From: Squalus acanthias
Lineage: Eukaryota
DNA length: 64,000 nt
Direction: 5' to 3'
Assembly (NCBI GenBank): GCA_030390025.1
Contig: CM059432.1
Span: 97,652,001-97,716,000, forward strand
Shown here: piece by piece, positions 1 to 12,969 of the stretch
How the letters are laid out: every line of letters starts with the position of its first letter
Numbering within the stretch: position 1 is the first letter of the stretch
The notes under the pieces: model-generated
Database searches by the model: none
What the model was told of the DNA's origin: nothing
What the model saw: the letters and a program-made list of their open reading frames with translations, nothing else
Position numbers and translations under genes: made by a program

Positions 1-969
1 GTTGCCTTAGGATACAAACCTTGGTGGGCCTACTTTCCGACAGAGGACATTTTAACACATGTACAATATTGGAAAATAGTCTCTTGGTCCGTATCCACAG
101 CCATGCAAGTGATGAAAAAATGGTTCTCCAGACTGCAACCTGCCTTTCAGCAGGAAGTAATCCCAGTGGCAATTTCAATTATGCAAATCGTAGACAAAGC
201 TTCCCTCTCGAAAACTTCCACTATTTTTATGGATATTTTAGGATTCAAGATTCAAGAAGCAGTCAATGCCAGTTTTAATGTGCGAGCAGTGCTTACAGAC
301 AAACATCAGGGAGCGATTTTAAGACCTCATAGAGAGCAATTGTTCTGCGTTCAGTCAGATTATTGAGCCCTGTGTGGAGATTGCCTCTAGCAATGACAAC
401 TGTGAAGCAGCAGAGGAGCAATTTAATGACAGTAACATCAGTGCCAGTCCTGGGCTGCTATGTCACCCTACAGAGGCAGCTGTAGGCACAGCCTCAAAAT
501 AAACAGAGACTCTAATGACTACAGCACAGGGCACTCGTGGCACTGTTGCAGAATACTCAAGAGTAGCCGCAGATGCAAATTCGAAGGCTTCTGAATCCCA
601 GGCAGCTTGCCAGTTATATGAGCAGCCAACCACTATTGCTACTCCCTCATCTAGAGGAACATCCAAGGGCAGGGGCACATGAACAAACAATATAATATGT
701 AGAGCCACAGGAAGAAATATATTAAACATCTTAGAGAAACACCTGGAATACTCATGCCTCATGCATTTATTTAACATGATTTCCCTTGGATTATAAATTT
801 CAGAAAATCTATTCTATATTCTACAGAAGAAGTGTAATATTTTCAGAAGTAGATCAAATATGCAGAACATATGCATTTAATTTAAACAACTAAAGCAACT
901 AGCAGTTTTCCATTTAAGACCAATAGACATTAATAGTGGAGAACTGTAGAACAAACTAGAAACTCTGGC

Positions 970-1105
970 CCAAAAGCAAAATACTACAGATGCTGGAAAT
1001 CTGAAATAAAAACTGAAAATGCTGGAAATACTCAGCAGATCAGGCAGCATCTGTAGAGAGAGAAACAGAGTTAATGTTTCAGGTCGATGACCTTTCATCA
1101 GAACT
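970..1105 (-). mobile_element. Penelope-like element terminal (pLTR) fragment
   Basis: Same sequence family as 8703-8800 and 29776-30171 (GCTGGAAA..CTCAGCAG..CAGGCAGCATC..GAGAGAAACAGAGTTAA); contains a hammerhead core. Confidence 0.75.
1069..1105 (-). ncRNA. Minimal type I hammerhead ribozyme motif
   Basis: Minus strand AGTT-CTGATGA-A-AGGTC-ATC-GACCT-GAAA-CATT-AACT: CUGANGA and GAAA core, 5-bp stem II, stem I AGTT/AACT. Confidence 0.7.
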
Positions 1106-2070
1106 TTTAACAGAATTGAAGGTGGCAGGACAAATTGAGAAAGCTGTTAAAAAAACATATGGGATCATTGGCTGTATTAATAGAGGCTATGGGCTGGATT
1201 TTGTCAGCCCAGAGGAGGCGGGCATGGAGGCGGGACTGCCGGTAAAGTTGCAGAGAGTGGGGGCGGATGGCAAACCCGCCCCATCCCGCCTCTGTGCCCT
1301 TTTGCCAGGAGGCGGGAAGCCATCCTGCCCCGGGTCCCATCTCCTCGAGGCGGGAAAGGGATTAAATCCTTTTAACTGCCTGTTAACAGGTAGTTAACAG
1401 GCAGAAAAAAGGATTAGTCCCATTTTACCTTTTCAAGTGCAGGCTTCCCGACATCTGAGAACCCCGCCGGGGTGGAGGAGTCGAGTAGGAGGTCTGCGGG
1501 GGTCGGAGAGGTCTGAAAGTGCAATGTAGAGGTGACTGATGGGTGCAAGTGTGGAGTGGTAAGTATGTAAGGTGATTGTAAAGTGTTATAAAATGTTCAT
1601 TTACCTTTGTTTCTGCCTACAGCCTTCAGCCACGGTGGTTCCGGAGTCCCGACATCTTCATTGTAGATTTCACAGACTGGCTGTTGGATCCTCCAAACCA
1701 ACACTCATCTGATTTCTACAAACTAGAAAGGATTGATGAGTCCTGAACACAAGGGATCATCAAACTACACAAAAAGTCAGTGTTTGACAGCTTCACAGAG
1801 CTGTCAAACGCTGACATTTCTTCTTTCAAGAAGTCTTGACAGATGGCACATCAGACGTTGATGTGCTCTCTAGTGACTTCCCCCTAATTGACCTGCTGAG
1901 CCCGCAGGACAGGCTTAACAAGGTCAATCAGGGGAAAATCCCGCTGGTTAGCCAGAGGCTGATGGAGGCGGGACTGAGACCCATTCACAAAATCCAGCCC
2001 TAAGAGTACAAAAGCAAGGAAGTTATGCTAAACATTTATAAAACACTGGTTAGGCCTCAGCTGGAGTTCT
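1106..2070 (+). mobile_element. Degraded CR1 LINE fragment split by a MITE
   Basis: LKVAGQIEKAVKKTYGIIGCINRG (1106-1190) resumes at 2004 as EYKSKEVMLNIYKTLVRPQLE, the CR1 ORF2 C-terminal motif. Confidence 0.75.
1191..2000. mobile_element. Non-autonomous PIF/Harbinger-type MITE
   Basis: Perfect 14-bp TIR GGGCTGGATTTTGT / ACAAAATCCAGCCC; 3-bp flanks TAT/TAA; interrupts the CR1 reading frame. Confidence 0.8.
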
Positions 2071-3255
2071 GGGCTGGATTTTACCAGCCCTGAGGAGGCG
2101 GGTTTGGAGGCAGCACTGCTGGGAAAATCCCCCAAAATGGGCGCGGGTCCCAAACCCGCTCCCAACCCGCCTCCAACCAAACTTCCCAGGAGTCAGGTCC
2201 CCGATTTGCGCAGGGACCCGACTCCTAGCGGCGGGAAGAGGATTATAGCCACTTAACTGTTTGTTAACAGGTAGTCTCACCATGGCCAGATTTACTTCAC
2301 TTGATGCTGTACACCCTGACTGCCACATGATGCACCAGGTTGGCACCACCCCACACCACCACCATAAAGCATCCCTACAATGTCCAAGCCATTCCTTTCA
2401 CACTCGCTACCATTGCGGGGGGTACCATTAAGTCTCACCATTCAGTGCAACTCACTAAGCCACTCCCAAAGGTGCACACACATCTGTCCAAGAATGGAAA
2501 GTGTTGAAAATAAAGGTTTCAATGTTTGACAGCACATTAACAGAAACTTTACATGAACATTGGATAAAAGACCCAAGTGGCTACCCTTGTGTGTCGTTAG
2601 TTGGTATGATGGCACTAGGATGAGGGTGAGTGTGAGAGGTGGCTAGTGAGATGGGGATGTGATAATGTAGATGGAGAGAGAGGGATGGGTGGAGGTGTAA
2701 GGTAAGTTGGTGTGAGTAAGGATGTGCAGGAGTAGGGTAGGTAGTGTGATGGGGATGTGATGAGTGGCACAGCAGGATGAGGTTGAGTGTGGCTTTGCAG
2801 TAACGTTTCGTGATCTACTGAGATCATTGAAAGGTTTGCGCCACTGCACCCAGATCCTCCTGATGACATCCCTGCTTGTAACCTCCTCTGCAACCAGGCT
2901 GTGTTGGTCTCTTGGAGAGGGGTCTTCCGCCCATGGGAAGGGAAGAGGGCCTCCCTGAGTGCTCTGTGCAGTGATTGTCAGTGTTTGCAGCACTTCAATG
3001 CAGTAGAGCTCTGACAGCTCAAATGTTAAAAGGAAGTCGGCCATGGTCCCTTTAAGGAAACCGGCTGATGACGCGTCATGAGTAACGTCACGAGACCCGC
3101 TTCCTCTAATTGGCCCGGGAAATGCGCTGGGTGGGCTTAACAAGCCCTACCAACTGTAAATCATTTTCCAGAGCGGGATGGAGCCAGCAGCGGGGTCGTG
3201 ACACACCACTGATGTCGCCTGCACCGGACCCACCGAGTTAAGGAAAATCTCGGCC
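2071..3255. mobile_element. Harbinger-derived deletion derivative
   Basis: Starts GGGCTGGATTTT like the previous MITE; minus strand retains a decayed Myb/SANT exon (VAEEVTSRDVIRRIWVQWRKPFNDLSR). Confidence 0.6.
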
Positions 3256-3429
3256 GGTGTGTATGTTCTGCGCTTTCCTCGGGTCCCGATTGTTTACACT
3301 GATTTCTACCTGTTTTATGCCAGTTCTACATTCTGTCATATGCTAATGAGATTTTGGGGAAATTTTGGCACAATGGGGCACAGAAAGTTTTGTTAAGCGT
3401 CTGCCGTAATTCCGGTGTAAAATGGAATG

Positions 3430-3755
3430 AGAAGAAAGAAAGAAAGACTTGCATTTATATCGCGCCTTTCACGACCACCGGACATCCCAAAGCACTCCAC
3501 AGACAATGAAGAACTCCTTCCGAAGTGTAGTCACTGTTGTAATGTAGGAAACTCGGCAGCCAATTTGCGCACAGCAAGCTCCCACAAACAGCAACGTGAT
3601 AATGACCAGATAATCTCTTTTAGTGATGTTGATTGAGGGATAAATATTGGCCAGGACACCGGGGATAATTCCCCTGCTCTTTTTCGAAATAGTGCCACGG
3701 GATCTTTTACGTCAACCTGAGAGAGCAGATGGGGCCTCGGTTCAACGTCTCATCT
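3430..3755 (-). mobile_element. Deu-domain SINE (SacSINE1/AmnSINE-like), 5'-truncated
   Basis: Recognisable Deu core (GGATCTTTTACGTCAACCTGAGAGAGCAGATGGGGCCTCGGTTCAACGTCTCATC) and L2-type tail with TTTC repeat. Confidence 0.7.
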
Positions 3756-4288
3756 GAGGAAATTCCAGTCCACAGAACCAAAGCTTGTAATAGACCTGAA
3801 TGTGAAAGGAAAGTGTCTTAATGTTATGTGCCATCCAATCCTCATTATTATAAATCTTGCCAAACATCATGCTATTTTCTGATGCCCAGTATTATCTGAT
3901 CTCAGTTAGGGTGGTGATAAACACTCGGGGGGAAAAATTCAGTATCACCCCGTTTGGGGCGCCATTATCGGACGTGCGCAAAGTTTAGCGCCTGGCGCTA
4001 ATTATCGCCTCCGACTGCAAACTTGGCTTTTATCGCCGCTGGAGGTGATTGGAGCGCTAAATCAGGTGCTACACACCTGTCTGAAGGCTCAAAGGCCAAG
4101 GAGCGAGGCGCTAACTCAGAGCGCGGGTGCAGCGCAGGTGCTGTCAATTAGCGATGGAACACAGACACACTGGCGCCGGACAGTTCTTAAAGGGGAGGGT
4201 CGATCTTGCTCTCCAGCCACACCCTGCTCATTGGAGCCTTGAATCTCGGCCTGGAGAGACCTGTGACTACATTTTCCAGCCAAGGACT

Positions 4289-6095
4289 ATGGAGAGGGTG
4301 AGAGAACGAGCTCAGCGCTTCAGCGAGCGGGCCTTGGATGCTCTGGTTGGCGCGGTGGAGTGCAGAAGATCGATAATCTTCCCTGAGAGTGGCAGGAGGC
4401 CTTTGCCGCGCGAGTACAGAAGAGTGTGGAGGGAGGTGGCTCAGAGCGTCTCCTCCAGGAGCATGGTGCCCAGGACCCATACTCAATGTCGAAAAAAGTT
4501 CAACAACCTCACTCGGGTCGTCAGGGTGAGTGGCTTTTTTCAATACCTCTCCATCCCTCCATCTCAACCTCACTCTATGGCCAGAGGGTCTTAAAACCCC
4601 AATGCCCAACACTCATCCAACACCTATGGCCCTCTCATGAAACACACACGCACATTCCACACTTTGCATACAGTAAGGGCTATTCACCTATGGGAGGCAC
4701 ATCAGGCAAGACCATGGCTGTATACAGTAAGGGCTATTCAATTATGGGAGGCACATCAGGCAAGACCATGGCTGTATATTTACTCAGACGCCGTCCTTTT
4801 TCTTGCAGGCCAAGCTATCTCATAATAGGAGACAGCAGCAACGGACGGGTGGAGGGCGGCCTCAGCTGCAACCCCTCAGCGATCTTGAGGCGCGCGTCCA
4901 CGGGATTGTGGCAAGCCGGGTGATCGGTCCCGCCGCCCCTGGAGAGGCCGCCCCCATTCTGGACAGCAATGGTAAGGTGATCACCTTTTTCTCCTCTCTC
5001 CTTCCACTTGTCCCTCACAACACCAGCCTTTGACACTTTCAATCCAACTTACTAAATCGATGCACTCATTCCTCCCTTACTGCCCCCTGTCCTCACGCTA
5101 AAGCCACTCTTGTACCTCCCTGCTTTCAGATGGTGATTCACCAGCTGAGGAGACGGGCCCTCAAGCTGCCAGTGGGAGTGAAGCTGCAGGCGAGGAGGAA
5201 GATGAAGGCGGAGCATCAGCACCACCCTCTCCCGAGGAAGCCCATGCCCACACTGGGACCACGTCTTCCCTGGAGGGGAGCAGGGGGGAAGGGTCTGATG
5301 AGGGTGAAGCTCCAGGACCCAGCGGGCTGCAGCAACGCCATGGGGGTAGGGAAGTTCGGGGGCCTTCTCCCCGGTGGGAGAGTAGGCCAGCGAGTCCTGC
5401 TGCACTGGACGCAGAGGAGGAGCGGCTGATCGCTGAAATGAACACCCAGGCAGTGGACATGCACACTGAGCTCATGGGTGCGGTGGGAAGGGTGCCCGAA
5501 TGCATTGATGCACTGGCAAGGAGTGTGGAGCACTTCGCTGTAGCACAGGTGGATGCCAGGCTAAAGCTTAGTGCTGCAATTCAGTCACTGGCTGTCATGA
5601 TCCCATCTCAGACTGCTCTCATGCAGACTCAGATTGAGGTCACGCAAGCACTGACTGCTGCCATTCTCGCTGGTTCGGACACATTTCCCCGGGACTCTCA
5701 CCGCACCGCAGCAGGCCAGCAATCTGTGCTCCAGCAATTGCTCCGGATGCTGAAGTGCTGCCCCGTGGGAGTGCCAGTGTGTCGGTCGAGCAGGGAGTTG
5801 CTGTCCTCTCTCAAGATGACAGCATTCCTGCTGCCACCACTGTCACTTCTCCATTGCACTTGCCACCGCCTGTAGGCCAGACTGCTGCCGCCCATGCAGA
5901 GTTGGTGCAGTCTGCAGCCGGGCCCTCCAGGCCCTCAACCGTCCTTCAAGGGCATCTGCAGTCTCAGGTTCTGACAATCAGCAGCCTTCCACCAGCCTTG
6001 CTGCAGCCACTGGGGCCCCATTACGGAGGAGCAGTAGGGTGGGAAGGGGGGAAGTGTGCAAGGGAAGGAGATCACCCTCGAAGGGAAAAAAGTAG
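4289..6095 (+). pseudogene. Harbinger Myb/SANT-like DNA-binding protein, 3 exons (4289-4525, 4809-4971, 5130-6095), frameshifted in exon 3
   Basis: MERVRERAQRFSERALDALV..WREVAQSVSSRSMVPRTHTQCRKKFNNL; GT/AG introns at the same positions as in copy 2; indels in exon 3. Confidence 0.8.
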
Positions 6096-6406
6096 GAGGT
6101 GTGACAAAATGTTTGTCAATTTTTTATTAAAGGCCGAGGTTCGTGGTCAAACTTTTGTTTCGTGTTTTGGACATTATCTCCAGGTTGTGAGAACCAGTTA
6201 TGTTAATGACTGTTTTTTTGTGTTTCTTTCTATTAGTTTGTCATGAAGAAATGACACACACAGAGTTTGTAAAATAAATAATTTTTTGTATTCAAAATGT
6301 ACATGTTTGGTCTTTGCAATAATTGCTGCCTTGGCCGGCTTTGGGGTTGCGGGTTGCTTTCCATCATGTTGTTCTCCATGCCAGAAGCCATTTCCTGAGT
6401 AGGGGC

Positions 6407-7551
6407 CTAGAAGCGGCTTGTTATCAGTCGTTGATGGAAGGCCCTTGCAGTTTCAACATGGTGGGCCTCCCTCCCGCCTTGGTGCGACTGCTGATCATCC
6501 TCCTCCTCTTCCTCCTCCTCCTCCGGTGGTGCTCCAAGGCCTGGTGGCATTGGCTGGGTCCTGAGGATTGCCAGGTTATGCAGCATGCAGCACACAACTA
6601 TGAAGAGGGAGACTCGCTCAGGCGAGTACTGCAGGGCTCCTCCTGAGTGGTCCAGACTGCGGAACCGTTGCTTGAGCACGCCGATTGTGTGCTCAACGAT
6701 GTTCCTGGTGGCGAGATGGCTCTCATTGTACCGCAGCTCAGCAGGGGTGTTGGGGGTATGGAGCGGTGTCATCAGCCAGGTGCACAGTGGATAACCCTTG
6801 TCCCCGAGAAGCCAACCACTTGGGTGATGCGGTGCCTGGAAAAGTTCTGCCACAGTAGTCTGGCGTAGGATGAATGCATCGTGGCTGCTGCCAGGATAGC
6901 GGGCATTGACAGCGAGTATCAGCTGTCTGTGGTCACAGACCAACTGGACGTTTAGGGAGTGGAATCCCTTTCGGTTGCGGAAATCCTCTGCATTCTCATG
7001 CGGTGCACGCAATGCCACATGCGTGCAGTCAATGGCGCCCTGCACCATGGGGAAGCCCGCTATCTCGCAAAGCCCAATGCGCGTTCATGCTGTTTGGCCC
7101 GGGTCATCGGGAAAGAGATGTACTGGTGTCTCCTTTTATAGAGGGCATTTGTGACCTGACGGATGCAGCAATGGACAGAGAACTGGGAGATATTGGCGAT
7201 GTCCCCAGTAGCTGCTTGAAAGGAGCCGGTGGCATAAAAGTTCAGAGCCACCGTGATCTTCACTGCCACCGACAGAGACGTCCTGGACCTCAGTTGAGGC
7301 TGCAGATCTGGCTGCAGCAGGTGGCAGAGCTCAGTGACCACCTCCTTGCTGAAGCGCAGCCTTCGCAAACACTGCTCCTCAGACATATTAATGTAGGAGA
7401 ATTGTTGGTGAAATACCCTGGGAGGGTAAGGTCTCCTGTACAGAGGCCTGTTGGCCCTCCTCCGTCTGGCCATGATTGCCACTCTCTCTCTGCGTCTCTG
7501 TGGCCTCCGAATCTGCCGGCGCAGGACATTGCCCCCAATCAGTGCAGCCCC
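6407..7551 (-). pseudogene. Harbinger DDE transposase (HARBI1-like), 1-nt deletion near 7062
   Basis: ORFs 7060-7719 and 6407-7048 join across a frameshift; GAIDCTH, GDKGY, VEHTIGVLKQRF motifs. Confidence 0.9.
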
Positions 7552-8702
7552 CTCAGTCTCTTGGTAATCGAAGTAATGAAGGTCAAAAACAAAAGCACCT
7601 GCAAAGTGATGCTCAGTAGCCAAAACTACTTCACACAGCGTTGACTCTATGCAGAAGTCTCTCCTCTCTCTCAGAATCTCTCTCTCTGTCAGAATGAGTG
7701 GTGCAAAAATATCTACCACAGAAAAAGCCAGGAAGAGGCCGCGTTTAAATAGCGCCCCCCCAGCCCCACAGCGACTGGGAAACGTTCCAGTCTACCTGTC
7801 GTTGCTTGGGCCAGGCGGAAAGGAGGGGGGGCGCCACTCCATATCCGCTCCGGGGTGCCACAAGGGCATTGCACGCTCGAATGACGTCAAGATCTGCGTG
7901 CGCAGGAGATCGGGGCGGTATTGTGTAGCGCCGCTGCAAAATGTCTGGTCAATTTCGCGAGCGGCGCAGATATCGCCGCCCCGGGCGCTAGTTGCTTTGC
8001 GCCCCATTAGCGCCCTCTTAAGGTGCTAACGGGAGGCGCAAACCAACTGAATTTTCCCCCCCAGGTTTTAATACTCCTAAGTTAGGGAGGGGAGAACTGA
8101 CCCCCTCCTGATCTCTATCCAGCAACTCCTGCTGGAAGTGCATATGTGTGGGCAGAAGTAGGCTCAGCTGTGATGACCCCTGTGGTATAATAGCCCACCG
8201 ACATTCAATGTCAAGGTACACACATAAAGACTGACCACTTTGTGCAAAGCACCAGAGGGCACCAGGTGGCTATACATCAGTAGGCGACTTTCAATAACAT
8301 TACAGATTCTGGGTCAGCTCCACATCGATGTTCTTTTTCTATCTCTTGCTTTCGAGGGAGAAAAAGCGGAGGAAAATAATGAGGTGGACTGTGATGTCAG
8401 AAATAGAAAATAGGAAAAAGTGGACAGTATAAATGAAATAAGAGAGAAAAATAAAATAGATGAGAAAAATTAATATACAATAAAGAGAGAAAGAGAAAAT
8501 AATAAAAATGGTAAGAGAAAAAAGGTGACTTAAATGTCACTTTTATATGTATTGAATGACACAGTATTGACTGTATTTCAGAGTGATACATTTTCACCAC
8601 CTGCTCATATTATTGTGAAATTGTGACAGCTAGTGATCAACATGTGTTCTCAAATACTCACTGCGAAAAGAGTCCTGTGTAATGCGAGGCAGTGATATGC
8701 AG

Positions 8703-8800
8703 TAACAACAGAAAATGCTGGAAACACTCAGCAGGTAAGGCAGCATCGAGGAGAGAAAAACAGAGTTCACGTTTCGGGTCGAGGACCCTTCGTCAGAACT
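8703..8800 (-). mobile_element. Penelope-like terminal fragment with hammerhead motif (8764-8800)
   Basis: Minus strand AGTT-CTGACGA-A-GGGTC-CTC-GACCC-GAAA-CGTG-AACT. Confidence 0.7.
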
Positions 8801-9049
8801 ATATGCAGTGTTGATTGATGCCCATTGTTACACTTTAGCAAAATCCTGTTGATGACCAGTGGCCTTAATGTAAGTCCATGCTTGGGATTGGGACCCTCAA
8901 GCAAAGGGTGATGAGTGCGCCTGACTCACAGTAACTGATTTGCAAAGTATGAAGAGCCCCTGACAAAAAATGCAGAAGAATTGAATGTAAGACAAAAAAA
9001 GATTTTTCAGTTTTGTGTGTGTGTGGGGGGGGGGGGGGGGGGGGGGGGC

Positions 9050-9213
9050 GGGGTGGAATTGGTCTTCAGCGGTAGCGCAAAGTGGGTAATAAGAATCATC
9101 CGCCCATTCAACACCCCGACTTCAACGGAAAAGAAAATCGGGTGGGTTGTATAATCGGCTGCCAATTAGTTATCGCCCGTTTTGTACTACCTCTGAAGAC
9201 CAATTTCATCCCC
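9050..9213. mobile_element. Short MITE with long imperfect TIRs
   Basis: GGGGTGGAATTGGTCTTCAGCGGTAG / CTACCTCTGAAGACCAATTTCATCCCC. Confidence 0.7.
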
Positions 9214-10699
9214 TTTATCTTTACAGCATTTGAAAAGAAAATTGCATATTCCTCACTGACAAGAACCACTGCACTTAAAATTCTGCTCATATTCAGCTCC
9301 ACATGAGGTTCTAACACATTGCTTTCAAGAGTAACTCTGAAATTGCTTGGCGAATCATGACATATGACACTCAAACTACAATTAAATTGTATTTCTCCAT
9401 TTAAGTGTCTGCACTGATCAAAAAATGCAATTTCTTTGTGTAATGATGTTGATGAAATTATTCTCAAAAATTGATAATATTACAGAATATTGTGTTCATT
9501 CTCTGAAAACTGATTTGATTACAATAGGGAATAATAAACCATGGTAAATAAAACGAGCCTTGTTTCTTTAATCAATAAACTTATTATACATTTATATTTC
9601 AACAGATTCCCATTGCACTGCATTTTGAAAATACAGTTGTCTCCACACATTCAGATGTAAATATACATTTGCAGGAAGTACCCTTACTTGCGAAATGAAA
9701 AGGGGAATGTATGGTAGTTGTTAATGTTTCAATTCTATTTCAACTTGCAAAAACTTTGCAAGTGCTGGTGATTAATATTACTACGGTTTACATATAGGAA
9801 AAGAGGATGTAATGTTACTTGATGAATTTGTGTATGCATCTAACCTGACATTTTTGAACTGAGATAAATTAGTATCACCAAGTTTACGTACAATGGGAAT
9901 AAACAGTACTTAGTATGATAGCCTATGACCCCTTTCTTTCCATTCATCAGAGAGAGAGAAAATATTCATTACATACACACAATTTTGCAAAGTCTTATTA
10001 AAAAAAAATGCTATCATTATTGCTGCAGCTTCTGTCAACCACTATGATGATGGGAATTTGCTGATGGGACATGCTAATGACATCACACATAAACAGAGAG
10101 ATATTTTCATAGGGGAATATAATTTCCCTTTATTTATTTTGTATTTACTAATTATTAAAATAAAGACGATTGGAGCGACTATCGCCTCGTGGCCGCCTTT
10201 TGCGGTTTTGGATGGGGCTTCGATTTAGATGGCCAGTGCTTCCCCCGAAACAGGCAGGACCCCCATTAATATATTTAAAGCAGTGTTCTAAGACACAGTT
10301 AGGACACAGCTGCCATTTTGGTCTTCCATTGGGTGGAACAGTTAAACCAATGGTCTAAAGAGCTTTTTACATGTGGGGCCAGGAGGAGGATGAATGCTCC
10401 TCATGGCCCTGCAAAAATCCTCCAGCCCTGCTACTCTGCCCATCCCCGCCACTGGAATTGCTCTCCCTACCCCCTTCAATCGGAACCTACTGTCCAGGCT
10501 CAATGGAGGAGTTGCTTGATTTCCTGCCTCCTCGATCAGTGAACTGCCTATCAGCGACCGTTCAGTGGTGACAGCTCACCGATGCTGTTATAATGAGGCC
10601 CCACCATGAAAATGGATCAGGCTTTCCTCCAACACTATTGGGCGGGTGGGCGGAGGATACCAGATCGAACCCCATAGCTCAAAGCATTCAATGAACAAA

Positions 10700-12969
10700 G
10701 ATCTACTGATCAATTTGTTTTGGTTCCAAACTCAAAGATGATCCTGTTTCTATCTCAGACTTGTTTGAACCTGGTACTTCAGTTACTGATGTCTGAACTG
10801 AGTCAAACTCATGTATGTGTTCATGATCAAGTGGTTCACGATCATGTCTTGGTTCATCTCTCGCAGAGATCATTTGATCTACATGAATACTTTGGATTAT
10901 GTCATCAATTTCAACCAAAATCTCTTGGTTCCACCAACCTTTACTATGGTTCCTACATCCCACTTGTGTGAACTCGACTTGCCAGGGAGACTGAGAACAT
11001 GAACACATTCGTTTTGTTTGAAACTACGTTCTTTCTGATTGGTTTCGTAATAACGTTTCTGACTCAATGATTCTGTTCAACTCTTGAGGCCAAGTTCGGT
11101 TGAACAAGACTCAATTGTGTTCTCAATCTCCTCTTCATCAAGAGCTCTGCTTGGATATGTCCAGTTGTAATGTGTAGTTCTGTATTTCAGCCAGAAATTT
11201 GCCAAACATTGCTTCATGCTGAGTCCTGAACAACCCAGCAACACTTGGCTTTTTGAGAGCTTCTTTCACTATTCTGACTGACCTTTCGGCTGCTCCGTTT
11301 GAAGCTGGATGATATGGTGGAACGAGAGTGTGTTTGATACTGTTCTGTTTCATCAATTCTTGGAATACAGCAGAATGGAACTGAGGGCCATTGTCAAAAA
11401 CAAGCTGTTTAGGTAAGCCATGACATGCAAAGATAGACTTTAACTCATCTATGGTACGTTCTGTCGTAGTATTTGAACCCATATGTTTCCCTTCAATCCA
11501 CTTTGAGTGACTATCTACAAGTACCAGGAAATAATCATTTGCTTTCTCACAGAAGTCTACATGTACTCTTTGAAAAGGTCGACTTGGCCATGACCAGGAA
11601 TGAAATGGAGTTTTGGGTGGTTTGTTTCTGCAATTTTGGCAAACACTGCATTTGCTGACAAATGATTCAAGATCACTGTCCAATCCAGGCCAGTAAACAA
11701 AGCTTCTTGCCATTGATTTCATACTGACGATCCCTGGATGTTCAGTATGAAGTTTGGCCAGAATTCTATCTCTCAAAGAAATAGGTACCACCACTCTGTT
11801 TCCCCACTTGATACAACCTTGCTCACAAAACAATTCACGATGCCGGTTATGGAATGGTTTCAATTCTGCGTCCAGACACTGATCAGTCCATCCATTCAAG
11901 GTGTTTTCATACACTCTTTTCAGTACTGAGTCCTTTTGAGTCTCATCTGCAATCTCAGTTGCATTCACAGGAAAGTCTTTGTCAACTGCACTTAGTGTGA
12001 AAATCGCACCTTCACTCCCAACACGAGTCCTCATTTGGCAACCTGGACAAGGCATCTGCGATTGTGTTTTGCTTTGAAGTGCGATATTCAATCGTGTAGT
12101 CATGTTGTGACAACAACACTGCCCAACGTTGCATTCTTGATGCAGCCATTGCAGGGATGACAGATTTGGGCCCCAATATTGCTAGGAGCGGTTTGTGATC
12201 AGTTATCAGGGTAAACTTTCTGCCGATCTGGAACTGTTGGAATTTCTTGATTCCAAACACTATGGCGAGCGCTTCCTTTTCAATTTGCACATAGTTTCTT
12301 TCGTTCTTTGTGAGGGTTTGCAATGCAAACACGATTGGTTTCTCTTGGCCGTCATCCATTACGTGGCTTATGATAGCTCCCACACCATAGCTGGAAGCAT
12401 CACACGCTAACGTAGTAGTGCATAAGGTGTGCATCGCGAGAGAGACTTCTCTTACAAGCGTCATAAGCTTCCTGTTGTGCTTTCGTCCACTTCCACTGGA
12501 CATTCTTCTTGAGGAGCTCGTGCAATGGAGCTAACATGGTCGCTAACTCAGGTAAGAAATGTTCGTAGCACTGGACCATTCCAAGCAAAGATCTTAATTC
12601 AGACATGTTCTGTGGCTTTGGAGCATTGATGACAGCATCAACCTTTTCCCTCACTGGTTGCAAGCCATTTGCATCAACTTTCAGACCAAGGTACACAACC
12701 TCAGGCTGCACAAAAGCACATTTGCTCCTTTTCAATTTGACATTGTGGGAATTCAACCTTTGAAGCACTAAATCTAATACTTCTAGATTTTCTTCCTCGC
12801 TGCTTGTTGCGATCAGCACATCGTCTTGATTGCACAAGCAATTTGGAACTCCTTGCAAAATCTTATCCATCGTAGCCTGTAAGATTTTGGGGGAGGACTT
12901 TACACCATACGGCAGCTTGGTGCATGAGTACAGTCACTTGTGTGTGTTGATGGTGAGATACTGTTGACT
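10700..12969 (-). pseudogene. Gypsy pol: RT C-terminal half, RNase H, integrase (multiple frameshifts)
   Basis: SQQYLTINTHK, NQDDVLI (decayed YxDD), LACDASSYGVGA, TDHKPL, ADALSRLP, LHTEHPG..CSVC, RVHVDF, FDNGPQF, SNGAAERSV. Confidence 0.9.

Larger units (their letters stand above)
3927..8062. mobile_element. PIF/Harbinger transposon copy 1 (full length, both genes disabled)
   Basis: TIRs GGGGGGAAAAATTCAG / CTGAATTTTCCCCCC; convergent Myb/SANT and DDE genes; close paralog of 31661-35858. Confidence 0.9.
3885..8270 (+). mobile_element. LF-SINE-like element split by Harbinger-1 (pieces 3885-3926 and 8063-8270)
   Basis: CTGATCTCAG.. before and TAGGGAGGGGAGAA..CTCCTGATCTCTATCCAG..CTGCTGGAAGTGC..GGCTCAGCTGTGATG after the transposon resemble the LF-SINE body, from recollection of the consensus. 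Confidence 0.45.

Noticed and set aside
21..777. Short ORFs at the window start as coding exons
   Set aside because: No recognisable domain or consistent splice structure; cannot be supported without a search
9025..9048. Poly-G run as a functional G-quadruplex
   Set aside because: Simple homopolymer next to a (TG)n tract and a MITE end; length unreliable and no supporting context
10586..10595. TGTTATAATG as the missing Gypsy 3' LTR
   Set aside because: Wrong orientation and similarity does not extend beyond 10 bp
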